A stretch of 64,000 bases of DNA from a virus (lineage: Duplodnaviria > Heunggongvirae > Uroviricota > Caudoviricetes): the IMG/VR virus record IMGVR_UViG_3300035696_000002, one strand, 5' to 3'. The first letter of the stretch is position 1. Every line of letters begins with the position of its first letter. Shown here one piece after another: positions 37,096 to 46,837 of the stretch. The notes beneath the pieces are model-generated. The model did not search any database. It was not told where the DNA came from and saw only the letters and a program-made list of their open reading frames with translations. Made by a program: the position numbers and the translations under genes.

Positions 37096-39727
37096 TGGAC
37101 AACGAAGGATTCACTTCGATGGAGTTTGAAAAACTCAAAGCGATGCTGGAACGGTCTGGCATTCCGTTCACGGTGGAAGACACCGGAGAAAGGCTCGAAT
37201 ACTTCAAGGTGCCGGGCGGGAAAATTATTCATCTTGAAGTCGGCACCCACGACCATGACAAGCTGGTGGGCTACCTCGGCTTCATGGCCGAGTTCATGTT
37301 CGACGCGAACGGCTCGCTAGTCAAAGCGGGAATTTGGGAATGAGCGTAAAACTTTTAAGGGAGCCATTCACCGCCACAAAGTTTGATGGCACCAAATACT
37401 TTACTGTCATCGCCACAGGCAATGGCATGATTGTTCAGAATCTTCGCCGCAAGAAACCAGCTATAGAACTCGCACGACTTATGAACGAGGCCTTCAAACT
37501 CGGGTATGATTCTGGTTTCAAAAACGGACGGGCGAAACGAATCGTCGCCTTCGACTTTTAAGGAACAAAGATGAGTGAATGCACACACTTTCAGAAAATA
37601 CACCTTTGCAGTAACGGCCCCTCCAGCGGAGGCTCCTACTTCTGGTGCCCTAACTGCGGATGTCTGGGGCGTGAACGATCCATAGTGCGGCAACGACAAC
37701 TGTTCGTTGAACTGTTGTGGCGGAGTCCCGACGCAGAGTTTGTCGATCCTGATTTCCCGGAACGCTTGGCCCTGACCTAATGCGAAAAACTGGTGCCCGT
37801 AAAACACGCCGGAGCGAATTGACGAAGCAGCAACTCGTCAAATTGGCCATGAACAAAGTGCGTGGGTTGAACAAGAAGGAACTGCGGAAATTTGTGTTCG
37901 ACACGAATTGCTGCCCCCACGAGAACACGCACCCCTGCGGGATGGACACGGTCTGTAGCGACTGCGGAGATTGGGTATGATCCGCATCAACGTCGCTCTG
38001 AAGCCCTGCAAATGGTGCACGGACGAGAAGAGAATGTGGTTCAAGCACGTAGGCTACTATGCTGGTATCTACGGGGCAGAAACGATCATCCCCAAATGGC
38101 TCAAATGTCTTTGGTGCGGGAGACTTGTTGATTACACCGAAATCTGGGAGCGAGCCCATGCCAGCAACGCCTGAACAACTCGCCGCACTCGCCGCCATCA
38201 TCCGGGCAAAAGAAAATCGCGTGTGTCCGCATGGGCCGCTCATCGTCGAAGGTATGAAACTCCGGTGTGAGCCGCACTACGATGAGTCCGCCTACCACGC
38301 GGAAGACCCGGCACTCGACACCCAATATCAGCGGGAAGAGGACGAGTACGCGGCCCGCGAGGTTCTTGGGCGGCTGGTTCTCTACCTCTACCCGACAGTA
38401 CCGGAACAGTGGCAGGATCGGGACTTCGTTAAGACTTGGCAGGCGTACCTGATGTTCTTGTACAAGCCAATCGCTAAGCATTACAACGTGGACGCGGACG
38501 CTCTGTTGAGCAGCTTCAATCGCCATTACCTGCCGTCAATCATTATGCGGGAGTATGGCGAGGCAGAGGCAGTTAAATTCATGATGGGGGCAAAACAATG
38601 ACGCCGTTTTTATGGAAACTCGCCGACATCTTGGTGTACCCAGTGGTGATCGGCGGCGTGATGTGGATCATGTGGAAAGTTCGCTGGAGCAAATTCTAAA
38701 TGCCGAAGTTCGTCATCGAAGCTGGGGCCATCGAGCTTGTCCGGGGCCGTCCCATCGAGGTCGAGATCGAAACGGGCGGTGCCATTACCGCACTGACGAA
38801 GCTGGGCCTCACTGTTTGGGAGCGGGACAAGTGGGATGCGACAGTAGCAAAGATCAAGGAAACTATGGATTTTGATTTCCCTGAGCCTATCGTAACGAAC
38901 CTCACGGTGCCCGGCTACATGCTGCTCTTGGATTTCTACAACGCCGTCGCCTACCTGACCCTCCACCACGACGTACTGGGCGGCGAAGTCGGCGACAAGG
39001 TACTCGGCGAGACGGCGGTGGTTTATCCATCAAAACTTGGCCCGCTGCTTGAGGCCGTGGACAAAGAATGGTGGAAGAGGAAGCCATGATTAAACTACCC
39101 AGCGATGAATTCATTTTCAAGGTTCGGGCCATGACCGACGAAGAGTTGATCGCCGCCTACAAGGAAGCCCGCACTTGCATGGACAACCTTGAAGTGGAAC
39201 GGATGAACTGCTGGAACCGCATGATGGAGATTCACAAATTGCAGGACGACATCGGCGGCGAGATGCAGGCTTTGGCCGTCAATCTTCACTACGTCCGCAA
39301 GCTGAAGTTGGAACGATGAGAAACCTAATGAGCGAATTTGACAGGTTGAAAGCACAGAAAGAGCAGTTCGAGCAGCGGGAGGTTTGCCGGATCATCAATG
39401 TCCTCCGGCAGGCCTTCGTGAAGATCGCAAACGGGGCCGAGGCCATGAAGTTCGAGGACGCCGTCCACGCGGTCTACCCATTCGCCACAGACTGGATTCC
39501 GCCGAGTCAGGAACCGCCGACACAGGGATAACCATGGGACTACGACCAATGCCGATGATGCCGCTGCCCAACTCCCCGAAGGAGCACTGGGAAAAGTACT
39601 ACGCCGCTATGCGGCGGATGCAGTACGTCGCCGGGCTACAGATGCGAGTTCTCGCTATCGGGATCGGGCTCAGCATCGGCCTTGCAATCGCCCTGATCGC
39701 CATCGCAAAATAATTTTTCGCCAGTAG

Positions 39728-39756
39728 TTGACATTTTCCGAAATACCCAGTACTAT
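39728..39756 (+). promoter_or_regulatory. Sigma70-type promoter of second tRNA region
   Basis: TTGACA, 17 nt spacer, TACTAT. Confidence 0.85.
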
Positions 39757-39793
39757 ACAGAGAGTCAGCAAACTGCTGGCCCGAGACACTACC

Positions 39794-39892
39794 ATGACCT
39801 CAATGAAACATAATACGGTCGCACGAAAGCAGTGGCGGAATCGTCGCCACGACGGCGTTGGTCTGTCCTCGGACACGGAGTTTGGGAAGTAA
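39794..39892 (+). CDS. Attenuator leader peptide MTSMKHNTVARKQWRNRRHDGVGLSSDTEFGK
   Basis: Short ORF between promoter and terminator; K/H/N/R/Q/W codons match downstream tRNAs; alternative start 39803. Confidence 0.8.
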   Translation: MTSMKHNTVARKQWRNRRHDGVGLSSDTEFGK

Positions 39893-39924
39893 ACAAAGCA
39901 ACCAAACCCAAAACGAGAGCAAAC

Positions 39925-39958
39925 AGACCCGCCAAAAACTGGCGGGTTTTGCATTTTT
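39925..39958 (+). terminator. Attenuator terminator upstream of tRNA-Trp
   Basis: ACCCGCCA-AAAAC-TGGCGGGT followed by TTTGCATTTTT. Confidence 0.85.
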
Positions 39959-39971
39959 AGTGGGAAAATTC

Positions 39972-40045
39972 GGGGGTGTCGGTTAATGGCAAACCAGCGG
40001 TCTCCAAAACCGTGACTGGGGGTTCAAGTCCCTCCACCCCCGCCA
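39972..40045 (+). tRNA. tRNA-Trp(CCA)
   Basis: GCGGT-CTCCAAA-ACCGT, GCCA end. Confidence 0.93.
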
Positions 40046-40064
40046 AAAGATTGAGGCGGAGATT

Positions 40065-40692
40065 ATGGAATTGAAGATTGAACAGCAGACGCGAGGCACC
40101 CGCATCCTGCGGGGGGAGTCAGCTACCCGGAGGCGACTTCATCTCATCTAGTCTCGCAACAGCAGCGACGGCAGCCGGGTACGAGGAAATCGTACTCCCG
40201 TCGCTAGAGCCAGCCGCTCTCTACGCTGAAAAGGCTGGCCCTGAGATTCTGGGACAGATGTACTGCTTCCCGGACAAGAAAGGCAGGCAGTTGTGCCTGC
40301 GACCGGAAGGAACGGCGACCTGTCAGATACTCGCCGACACGGTAATGAAAATGGAGCGAGACGTGAAGCTCTGGTATCTGACGACCTGTTGGCGTTACGA
40401 ACGACCACAGGCTGGGCGGTACCGGGAGTTCACACAGTTCGGGGTGGAAATCCTGAACCCACGCGGCCCCGTCCGGGATGAGTTAGTGGCTTTGGCCGAA
40501 AGCATGGTGCGGCAGTTCACGGATCAGTATGAAGTGAACGCGGCAGTCAAGCGGGGGCTGGCCTACTACGTCGAGGATGGCTTCGAAATCAGTTGCCCGG
40601 CACTGGGGGCTCAGAAGCAAGTCTGCGGCGGCGGTTCATACAAGCAAGGCTGCGGTTTCGCAATTGGGGTAGATCGCATGATGCTTGTGTGA
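40065..40692 (+). CDS. Histidyl-tRNA synthetase catalytic-core-only protein, split by +1 frameshift near 40137-40142
   Basis: RGTR N-terminal motif in frame of ATG 40065; LRPEGT, WRYERPQAGRYREFTQFGVE, RGLAYY, GGGSY, GFAIGVDR in the +1 frame; no anticodon-binding domain. Confidence 0.85.
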
Positions 40693-40697
40693 CGTAT

Positions 40698-40774
40698 GGT
40701 GGGCGTAGCTTAATGGTTAAAGCATCTGGCTGTGAACCAGAAGGTTGCGGGTTCGATTCCCGTCGCCCACCCCA
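40698..40774 (+). tRNA. tRNA-His(GTG)
   Basis: G-1:C73, loop CTGTGAA, CCA. Confidence 0.95.
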
Positions 40775-40785
40775 AAATTTTATAT

Positions 40786-40863
40786 GGTGTCATTGGTGTA
40801 GGGGCTTATCACGGCGGACTGTGAATCCGCTATTCGTGGGTTCGAATCCCACATGACACCCCA
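40786..40863 (+). tRNA. tRNA-His(GTG), second divergent copy
   Basis: G-1:C73, GCGGA-CTGTGAA-TCCGC, CCA. Confidence 0.92.
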
Positions 40864-41022
40864 AGATTGGAAGTGCACCATGTGGTACGACGACAACGTG
40901 TGCGAAGTTTGCGGGTTGGAAAAGCCGGACGTTCGTGAACGCGAGTGCGGTTACTCGATGGAACTGACTGGCGAAGTGCACTTGGAAGTTATTTGCGATG
41001 ACTGCGAACACCAGCATTGCAT

Positions 41023-41099
41023 GGACGTGTAGCTCAGTTGGATAGAGCGTTCCCCTCCGAAGGGAAAGGTCGCAGGTTCGACTCCTGCCATGTCCACCA
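41023..41099 (+). tRNA. tRNA-Arg(CCG)
   Basis: TTCCC-CTCCGAA-GGGAA, ACCA end. Confidence 0.95.
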
Positions 41100-41347
41100 G
41101 TTTATGAGTAGAACATTTACAATTCACGATACGGAACTCGCTACGTTCGAGAAGTTCAAGGCAGAGCACGAACCAAAGTGCGTCTACCACGGCGACACGA
41201 TGGCGAATCCGGGGCACATTCGGTACTTCACGCCGACATCGGCGTACACGATTATGTTCAAGCCGACAGGCGTCGGTGACGGCGTGCATGTGAAGTGCCT
41301 TTGCGGTGAAGAGGTAGACATCACCGATTACGAATTGTGGTAGTTTT

Positions 41348-41424
41348 GCTCGTGTAGCTCAACAGGAGAGAGCGTACCCCTGCGAAGGGTAAGATTTGTG
41401 GTTCGAGTCCACTCACGAGTACCA
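41348..41424 (+). tRNA. tRNA-Arg(GCG)
   Basis: TACCC-CTGCGAA-GGGTA, ACCA end. Confidence 0.88.
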
Positions 41425-41435
41425 TTTTAGATTTT

Positions 41436-41513
41436 GCCCGGTTACCCATTGGACATGGGGCCTCGTCTTCGAAACGAGGACGCTCAAGGGTTCGAATCCC
41501 TTACCGGGTTCCA
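41436..41513 (+). tRNA. tRNA-Arg(TCG)
   Basis: CTCGT-CTTCGAA-ACGAG, TCCA end. Confidence 0.88.
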
Positions 41514-41589
41514 GATTTTGGTCTGACACACGCTGGTGTCAGCGTAAGCGAGGGTCGCCGTAATCAGTCGCCCTTCGGCCATGAAGTTT

Positions 41590-41666
41590 GTTTCCGTAGC
41601 TCAACTGGATAGAGTACGTGGCTACGAACCACGGGGTTGGGGGTTCGAATCCCTCCGGGAACACCA
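41590..41666 (+). tRNA. tRNA-Arg(ACG)
   Basis: CGTGG-CTACGAA-CCACG, ACCA end. Confidence 0.95.
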
Positions 41667-41679
41667 GATGTTGTAACAT

Positions 41680-41766
41680 TGGGATGTAGAGCGTAATTGG
41701 TAGCGTGCACGGCTGTTAACCGTGTGTCGAAAGACCTTGTAGGTTCGAGCCCTACCGTCCCAGCCA
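41680..41766 (+). tRNA. tRNA-Asn(GTT) with extra variable hairpin
   Basis: CACGG-CTGTTAA-CCGTG, GTC-GAAA-GAC variable arm, GCCA end. Confidence 0.85.
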
Positions 41767-41783
41767 AATTCATAGGAGGCGTT

Positions 41784-42038
41784 ATAGGCAAACAGAAGGA
41801 AGTGAAATTCAGCGTCAGGGTCAGCGACCATGACTACGGTTACAGAGTCGAGCAGGTGAAGCGATTTCTGGCCAAGAAGCATAGTGTTTTGGCTGTGGTG
41901 CAGTTTAAGGGGCGTGAGATCACACATCCCGAACTTGGGCAAGAGTTGTTGGCCCGGCTGCTAACCGATCTGGGGAGAAACGGAACTCCCGTCCTGAAGG
42001 GACGATCACTTCAAGTTCTGATTACGCCTAAGAGTTGA
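41784..42038 (+). CDS. infC: Translation initiation factor IF3 C-terminal domain, probable ATA start
   Basis: KEVKFSVRVSDHD...RFL...VQFKGREITHPELG; AGGAGG followed by in-frame ATA. Confidence 0.8.
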   Translation: MGKQKEVKFSVRVSDHDYGYRVEQVKRFLAKKHSVLAVVQFKGREITHPELGQELLARLLTDLGRNGTPVLKGRSLQVLITPKS

Positions 42039-42115
42039 GCGGTGCCGTAGAAGGCAACCCTGTTCAATAGGAGGGCAGAGACCAAAGCGGTACTGCTCAA
42101 AAAGTTTTGATGTAT

Positions 42116-42203
42116 TGGGAAGTAGGAAAATTGGCAACCCCAGAGGATTCTGAATCCTCCGTGCTTAAGCACACTGAAGGTTCGAATCCTTCCTTCCCAG
42201 CCA
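42116..42203 (+). tRNA. tRNA-Gln(CTG) with long variable arm
   Basis: GAGGA-TTCTGAA-TCCTC, GTGC-TTAA-GCAC arm, U1-A72, GCCA end. Confidence 0.85.
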
Positions 42204-42216
42204 AGTTTAGGAGTCG

Positions 42217-42286
42217 TGGACTGTAGCTTAGTTGGCAGAGCACCCCCGGCAAGGGGGAGACGCGGGTTCGATTCCCGCCAGCCCGA
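42217..42286 (+). pseudogene. tRNA-like element with non-canonical anticodon arm
   Basis: Good D and T arms, CCCCC-GGCAA-GGGGG hairpin, no CCA. Confidence 0.6.
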
Positions 42287-42369
42287 ATACGAACGACTCT
42301 TAGTGCTGAGAGTGGACGAGGATTTGTCCTGATCGTATCGGGACGTAGAATTGTCCGCTCTCGTTGCAT

Positions 42370-42444
42370 TCCTCGGTAGCTCAGGGGTAGAGCAGGTGGC
42401 TGTTAACCACCCTGTCGGAGGTTCGAATCCTTCCCGAGGAGCCA
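42370..42444 (+). tRNA. tRNA-Asn(GTT)
   Basis: GGTGG-CTGTTAA-CCACC, GCCA end. Confidence 0.95.
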
Positions 42445-42560
42445 AGTTAGGTTAGAAGGTCGCGGACACAGGAACCGCCTCTCGTGTACTGTACGCTTCG
42501 GCTATCGACAGAGGACGGGTGTAGCTCAGGGAGAGCATCTAACCTGAAAGTTTGAAGCTG

Positions 42561-42628
42561 GGGGGCGTAGCTCAATGGTAGAGCAGCCCACACAAGGGAA
42601 GATGCGGGTTCGAGTCCCGCCGCCCCCA
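42561..42628 (+). pseudogene. tRNA-like element with truncated anticodon arm
   Basis: GGGGGCG/CGCCCCC acceptor, canonical D and T arms, CCC-ACACAA-GGG arm, no CCA. Confidence 0.6.
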
Positions 42629-42716
42629 TAAGGCTTCATTAAAGGGCCAGAGATAGACCGGGACGCCGGGAACGTCGTGAAATCCTCATAGGCCCCACGT
42701 GATTAGAAGTAAAGCT

Positions 42717-42793
42717 GGGTGTGTGGTGTCAACGGCTAACATATCTCCCTCTTAAGGAGCAAGATGCTGGTTCAAATCCAGTCACACCCACCA
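42717..42793 (+). tRNA. tRNA-Lys(CTT)
   Basis: Loop CTCTTAA, ACCA end. Confidence 0.88.
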
Positions 42794-42814
42794 AGTTTGT
42801 GTTAGAGTGAAGTC

Positions 42815-43627
42815 ATGTTGCATCACGTAATTCAGAAGGACATGTTTCACGAGTTCGGGTTTCATACTCTGATTCGTGCGATGGAAGAAAACGAAGTCCC
42901 GTATTGCGTGGTGAAGATCATCCCGTTCAGTCATGAACTGACGTGGGAGTCAGGTGTGCCGCTGCCGGAGAGCACGGTGCCGACAATGATCTGGGGCATG
43001 ACCTGTGTTGAGGAAGTCGCCGGAGTAAGACAATGGACGCCCGGCGTGTTCAAGAACGAGAATTTCGATTTGCGTGTGATCGGCGAGAGGTACGGCGAGA
43101 ACATGCTGAATGCCGACGCGAAGTTTTGCAGGCTGGGGGATATTCCAGCGTTTGAGGGATCGGCATTCATTCGCCCGGTACACGACACAAAGTCGTTTAC
43201 CGGAGCCCTTATCAATGGCGAAGACCTGCGAACTTGGCAGGATCAGCTAATGCAGTTGAAGGGTGAGTTCACGACGTTGAGTCTGGACACCCCGGTGCTG
43301 TACGCCAGCCCGAAGAAGATTGATACTGAGTGTCGCTTCTTTGTGGTGGATGGAAAAGTTATCACTGGTAGTTCGTATCGGGTTAACGGTAGAGTATTAT
43401 ACAAGAGGGTGAACGCCGACAACCCGATGTGCATCCCCCTGAGGGAGTTTGCACAGAGAATGGTTGACCAGTGGCAACCTGTTGAAGCATTCGTGATCGA
43501 CATCGGACGAGTCGGCCAAGAATGCAAAGTGATCGAGATCAACTGCTTGAATTCGTCGGGGTTTTACGACTCGGACATGGCGGCGGTGGTCAGGGCGATC
43601 ACGAATTTACCAAGTTTGGATCGGTAG
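42815..43627 (+). CDS. ATP-grasp domain protein (DUF4343/R2K-like)
   Basis: FIRPVHDTKSFTG, ECRFFVVDGKVI, FVIDIG, IEINCLNSSGFY. Confidence 0.8.
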   Translation: MLHHVIQKDMFHEFGFHTLIRAMEENEVPYCVVKIIPFSHELTWESGVPLPESTVPTMIWGMTCVEEVAGVRQWTPGVFKNENFDLRVIGERYGENMLNADAKFCRLGDIPAFEGSAFIRPVHDTKSFTGALINGEDLRTWQDQLMQLKGEFTTLSLDTPVLYASPKKIDTECRFFVVDGKVITGSSYRVNGRVLYKRVNADNPMCIPLREFAQRMVDQWQPVEAFVIDIGRVGQECKVIEINCLNSSGFYDSDMAAVVRAITNLPSLDR

Positions 43628-43693
43628 CTCAATTGGCAGAGCAGGTGACTCTTAATCATCAGGTTGGGGGTTCGATTCCCTCCCGGTTCACCA
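43618..43693 (+). tRNA. tRNA-Lys(CTT)
   Basis: GGTGA-CTCTTAA-TCATC, ACCA end; overlaps stop of upstream CDS. Confidence 0.93.
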
Positions 43694-44486
43694 ATTTTAC
43701 GGGTCGCTTAGAAGACGGAAGCAGGCGGCGGTACCGCCGTTGCGGGTTCAATGTCCGCCCCGTGAATTCGGGTCGAAGGCTAAATGCCTGATTGTTCCCG
43801 TGGACACCCAAACGAAAGAGGCGTGACCAAGCCGGAGAGTCGGCACCAGTTTTATGCGAAAGACGTGTCCCAGTTGTCTCGGTGATGACGCAGCAGAGCG
43901 AGAAGGCCGGAATTTCGACCCTCTCTATGGCACCGTAGAGATTTACTGCACGTACTGTGGCTCGTTTGTGGACATGATCTGGCGATGGCAGACAGACGAT
44001 TCGGTCTGGCAAAAGTTTAAGGAACAAGCGAGGGGATATGTGGGGTGCTCCTGAGGACGTGCCGGGTCGTTGTAACGCCCGGCTTTTTGTTGGGGACGAT
44101 TATGGCGACAACACCGCGACGTTCATGTGCGAGTTAGACCCCGGCCACGAAGGTAAGCACCGGGAAGTCTTCCGCGATGGCACAGCGGTCATAGAGTGGG
44201 AGACCGATGAGAGGCAGACCGGGAACGATCCTGACCTGTAAGGATTTTGCGGATTTGGGCATCGAATGTTGCGAGGCCTGCCACGACGTAGAGAATCTTG
44301 ACCCGCTTTTACGGATCAGGGTCGATGGGCAGGAAGCCCTAGTTTGTTGTGAAATAATGGCATTTTTCTACCCTGACGAAGCAGATCAGGCGGATTTTTG
44401 GCAAGCTCAAATGGACGAGGCCGAGGCGTTAAACCCACCAAAGCCAGAGGACTTTGAAAACCCTGAATAGAAGGGGAATTGATTTT

Positions 44487-45035
44487 ATGGCTGACACTCT
44501 AGTACTTGACATGTCGGGAACCCCAATCGGGTTCGTTTCTTGGCAGCGGGCTGTGAAGCTCTACTGGGAAGACCGTGCCGTCATCGTGGATGATGACGCA
44601 AACCGGATTCTCCACTCGCCGTCCTTCGAAATGAACATGCCGACCGTCATCCGTGCTAAGAACTGGGTGCAGCGTCGGAAGAAGGAACGTGTCCCGTTCT
44701 CGCGTCGCAACATCGCGATCCGCGACAACAGCCGTTGCCAGTACTGCAATAAGCTGTTGCAGACGGCCCAGTACACGATGGATCACGTCATCCCTCGTTG
44801 CAAGGGCGGAACGTCTACGTGGACGAACCTCGTGCTTGCTTGCATCCGTTGCAACAAGTACAAGTCTGGTTGCACGCCGGAGGAGGCAGGTATGCATCTG
44901 TTGAAGCAGCCTATCGAGCCGAAGGCAGATGACCCGAAGTACAACTTCAAGCTTCGGATCAAGAAGATGCACCCGACGTGGAAGCCGTGGGTCGATGGCG
45001 GCTGGCTGTACTGGAACATCGAACTGGACAAGTAG
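44487..45035 (+). CDS. HNH endonuclease
   Basis: RRNIAIRD..CQYC..TMDHVIPRCKGG..WTNLVLACIRCN..K. Confidence 0.92.
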   Translation: MADTLVLDMSGTPIGFVSWQRAVKLYWEDRAVIVDDDANRILHSPSFEMNMPTVIRAKNWVQRRKKERVPFSRRNIAIRDNSRCQYCNKLLQTAQYTMDHVIPRCKGGTSTWTNLVLACIRCNKYKSGCTPEEAGMHLLKQPIEPKADDPKYNFKLRIKKMHPTWKPWVDGGWLYWNIELDK

Positions 45036-45712
45036 GAGAAGTCATGAGCCTAGTGCTAAGCGGCGATTTTTGCGGCTGTGAGAAGCATCATGGCTCATGG
45101 CACTCCAACTGCCCCGAGTGTGACACGGAAGAGGGCAAGTCCTGCTGGAAGTTTTTGCACGTGCAACTACCGTGCGGTAAGTGCGATAATTGCATTCGCA
45201 ACGGGAACAAGCCGTATGATTGGCGTAAGGAAATGCTGGGCGGGGAGTTTACCGAAAGTTTCATCGCTTGAAGGAGCCTTATGGACGTTGACAGTATTCG
45301 CAAGTTGGGCATTAGCAGCAGCCTCGGAGACAAGGAAACAGTAGCTCTCTTCGAGAAGTTGATCGCATACGGCTGGATTGACGGGGCCGGGCGGTCGTTA
45401 CCGTGGACGGCTCATCTTCGCCGCAAGGATCGTGCAGCGGCAGCGGGGCGTGAGTAATGCCGTACAACTACCCCGGCTTACTTCGCAGCGAAGACACCAA
45501 CGACCACGATTGGCGGATTGTGTGTGATGTGCTGGATGCAGCCATCGCTCACTGGAAAAAGCGGAGCGAAACCGAGAGTGATTTGTTCGGTTCGGCCTAC
45601 GGTCATCACTACGTAGGGGCTCTCACAGAAGTTCAGATCGCGTTACTCGGCGGCGAAAGCGACAACGTCGATGAGAAGGCGATTGAGGCCATGATTAAGG
45701 CCGCAAAAGTTT

Positions 45713-45800
45713 GATCCCGTAGTCTAGTTGGACAAGGCAGCGGTTTCCTAAACCGCAGAGCGAAAGCTCATCGGGGGTTCGAATCCCTCCGGGATCACCA
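45713..45800 (+). tRNA. tRNA-Arg(CCT) with extra variable hairpin
   Basis: GCGGT-TTCCTAA-ACCGC, GAGC-GAAA-GCTC arm, ACCA end. Confidence 0.9.
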
Positions 45801-46100
45801 TTTTGATTGCAGGAGCACGCGATGTTTAAGACGATGCAGTTGGTTTATCGGAACATGGTTTGGAACCGCCCGAAGATCGGGCTGTGGGGTTTGATCGTAG
45901 TCGCGTTAGTGGCCACGACAGACCTGTACTTCAGCATTTTGCGGATCGGTGGGGGCCGGGTAACTGCTGGCGTATTCGCCGCCTTCGCACTGAGCTTCTG
46001 GTTCGTCGGGTTGCCAATGGTTCTGACACTGATCGACCTGAAGATGAAGCCCCAGAGGATGGAAAAAATCTGGGCACAGATGCACAAGCAGTAAACGTTT

Positions 46101-46174
46101 TGCCCCTTCGTTCAACGGCAGGACACTTGGCTCTGAACCAAGGTATGGTGGTTCGAATCCATCAGGGGCAGCCA
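46101..46174 (+). tRNA. tRNA-Gln(CTG)
   Basis: CTTGG-CTCTGAA-CCAAG, U1-A72, GCCA end. Confidence 0.93.
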
Positions 46175-46661
46175 AGTTTTGGGCTTCAGAATCCATTTGT
46201 ATATGGAACTGAAACCGTATAAGATCGTTGCAATGCCGTTCGCACAATCTGACGCGACCGCCGAATACACGGAGTATGCGATCAGCGAAGATCAGGCCTT
46301 GCGAAATTTTGAACGACGTTACCCGGCGTACCGGGTTAAAGAAGTAAGGGAAGCGTGAGCAAGTACGACGGAACAATTTGCAACGACTGTAACACCGAGA
46401 TTTATCAGGACAAGTGCAACTGTGATTATTACCGGGCACACCCTGAGGCAACCTTACCCGAGAATGAAACATCTAGGGAGATAGGTCGCAGGATTCGAGA
46501 AGACTTTGGCGATGAGATCGCCGGAGCATTGAAATAGATTATGACCATGCTAAACTACATGCCGCTGATTGCCGCAACCGAGATCATGGTTCTCGTTGTG
46601 CCCCGCCTCGTCTTCGCGATTGCCGCGACTCCTCTCAGACGAAAACGCTAACCCAATCCTT

Positions 46662-46743
46662 GGGGGCGTAGACTCGTGGTCTTCTAAACCATAAGAGCTT
46701 AACCGGACTGAAAATGTGGGTTCGAATCCCACCGCTCCCTCCA
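46662..46743 (+). tRNA. Atypical D-arm-less tRNA-Arg(TCT)-like RNA
   Basis: Acceptor and T arm intact, GTGGT-CTTCTAA-ACCAT, only 7 nt between acceptor and anticodon stems, TCCA end. Confidence 0.6.
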
Positions 46744-46760
46744 TACCTTTGCGTACCTTT

Positions 46761-46835
46761 GCCTCCGTAGCTTAACGGTAAAGCTACCGCCTTTTAAGCG
46801 GATAGATGGGGGTTCGATTCCCTCCGGGGGTACCA
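46761..46835 (+). tRNA. tRNA-Lys(TTT)
   Basis: Loop CTTTTAA, ACCA end. Confidence 0.9.
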
Positions 46836-46837
46836 AT

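Noticed and set aside
40078-40692. TTG start at 40078 for the HisRS-like ORF as given in the track
   Set aside because: Its N-terminus lacks HisRS similarity, whereas ATG 40065 has an RBS and the RGTR motif in another frame.
44487-45035. HNH as intron-encoded or as effector of the array system
   Set aside because: No interrupted host gene or intron core is seen, and it lies about 2.7 kb from the RAMP locus among tRNAs, where free-standing HNH genes are common.
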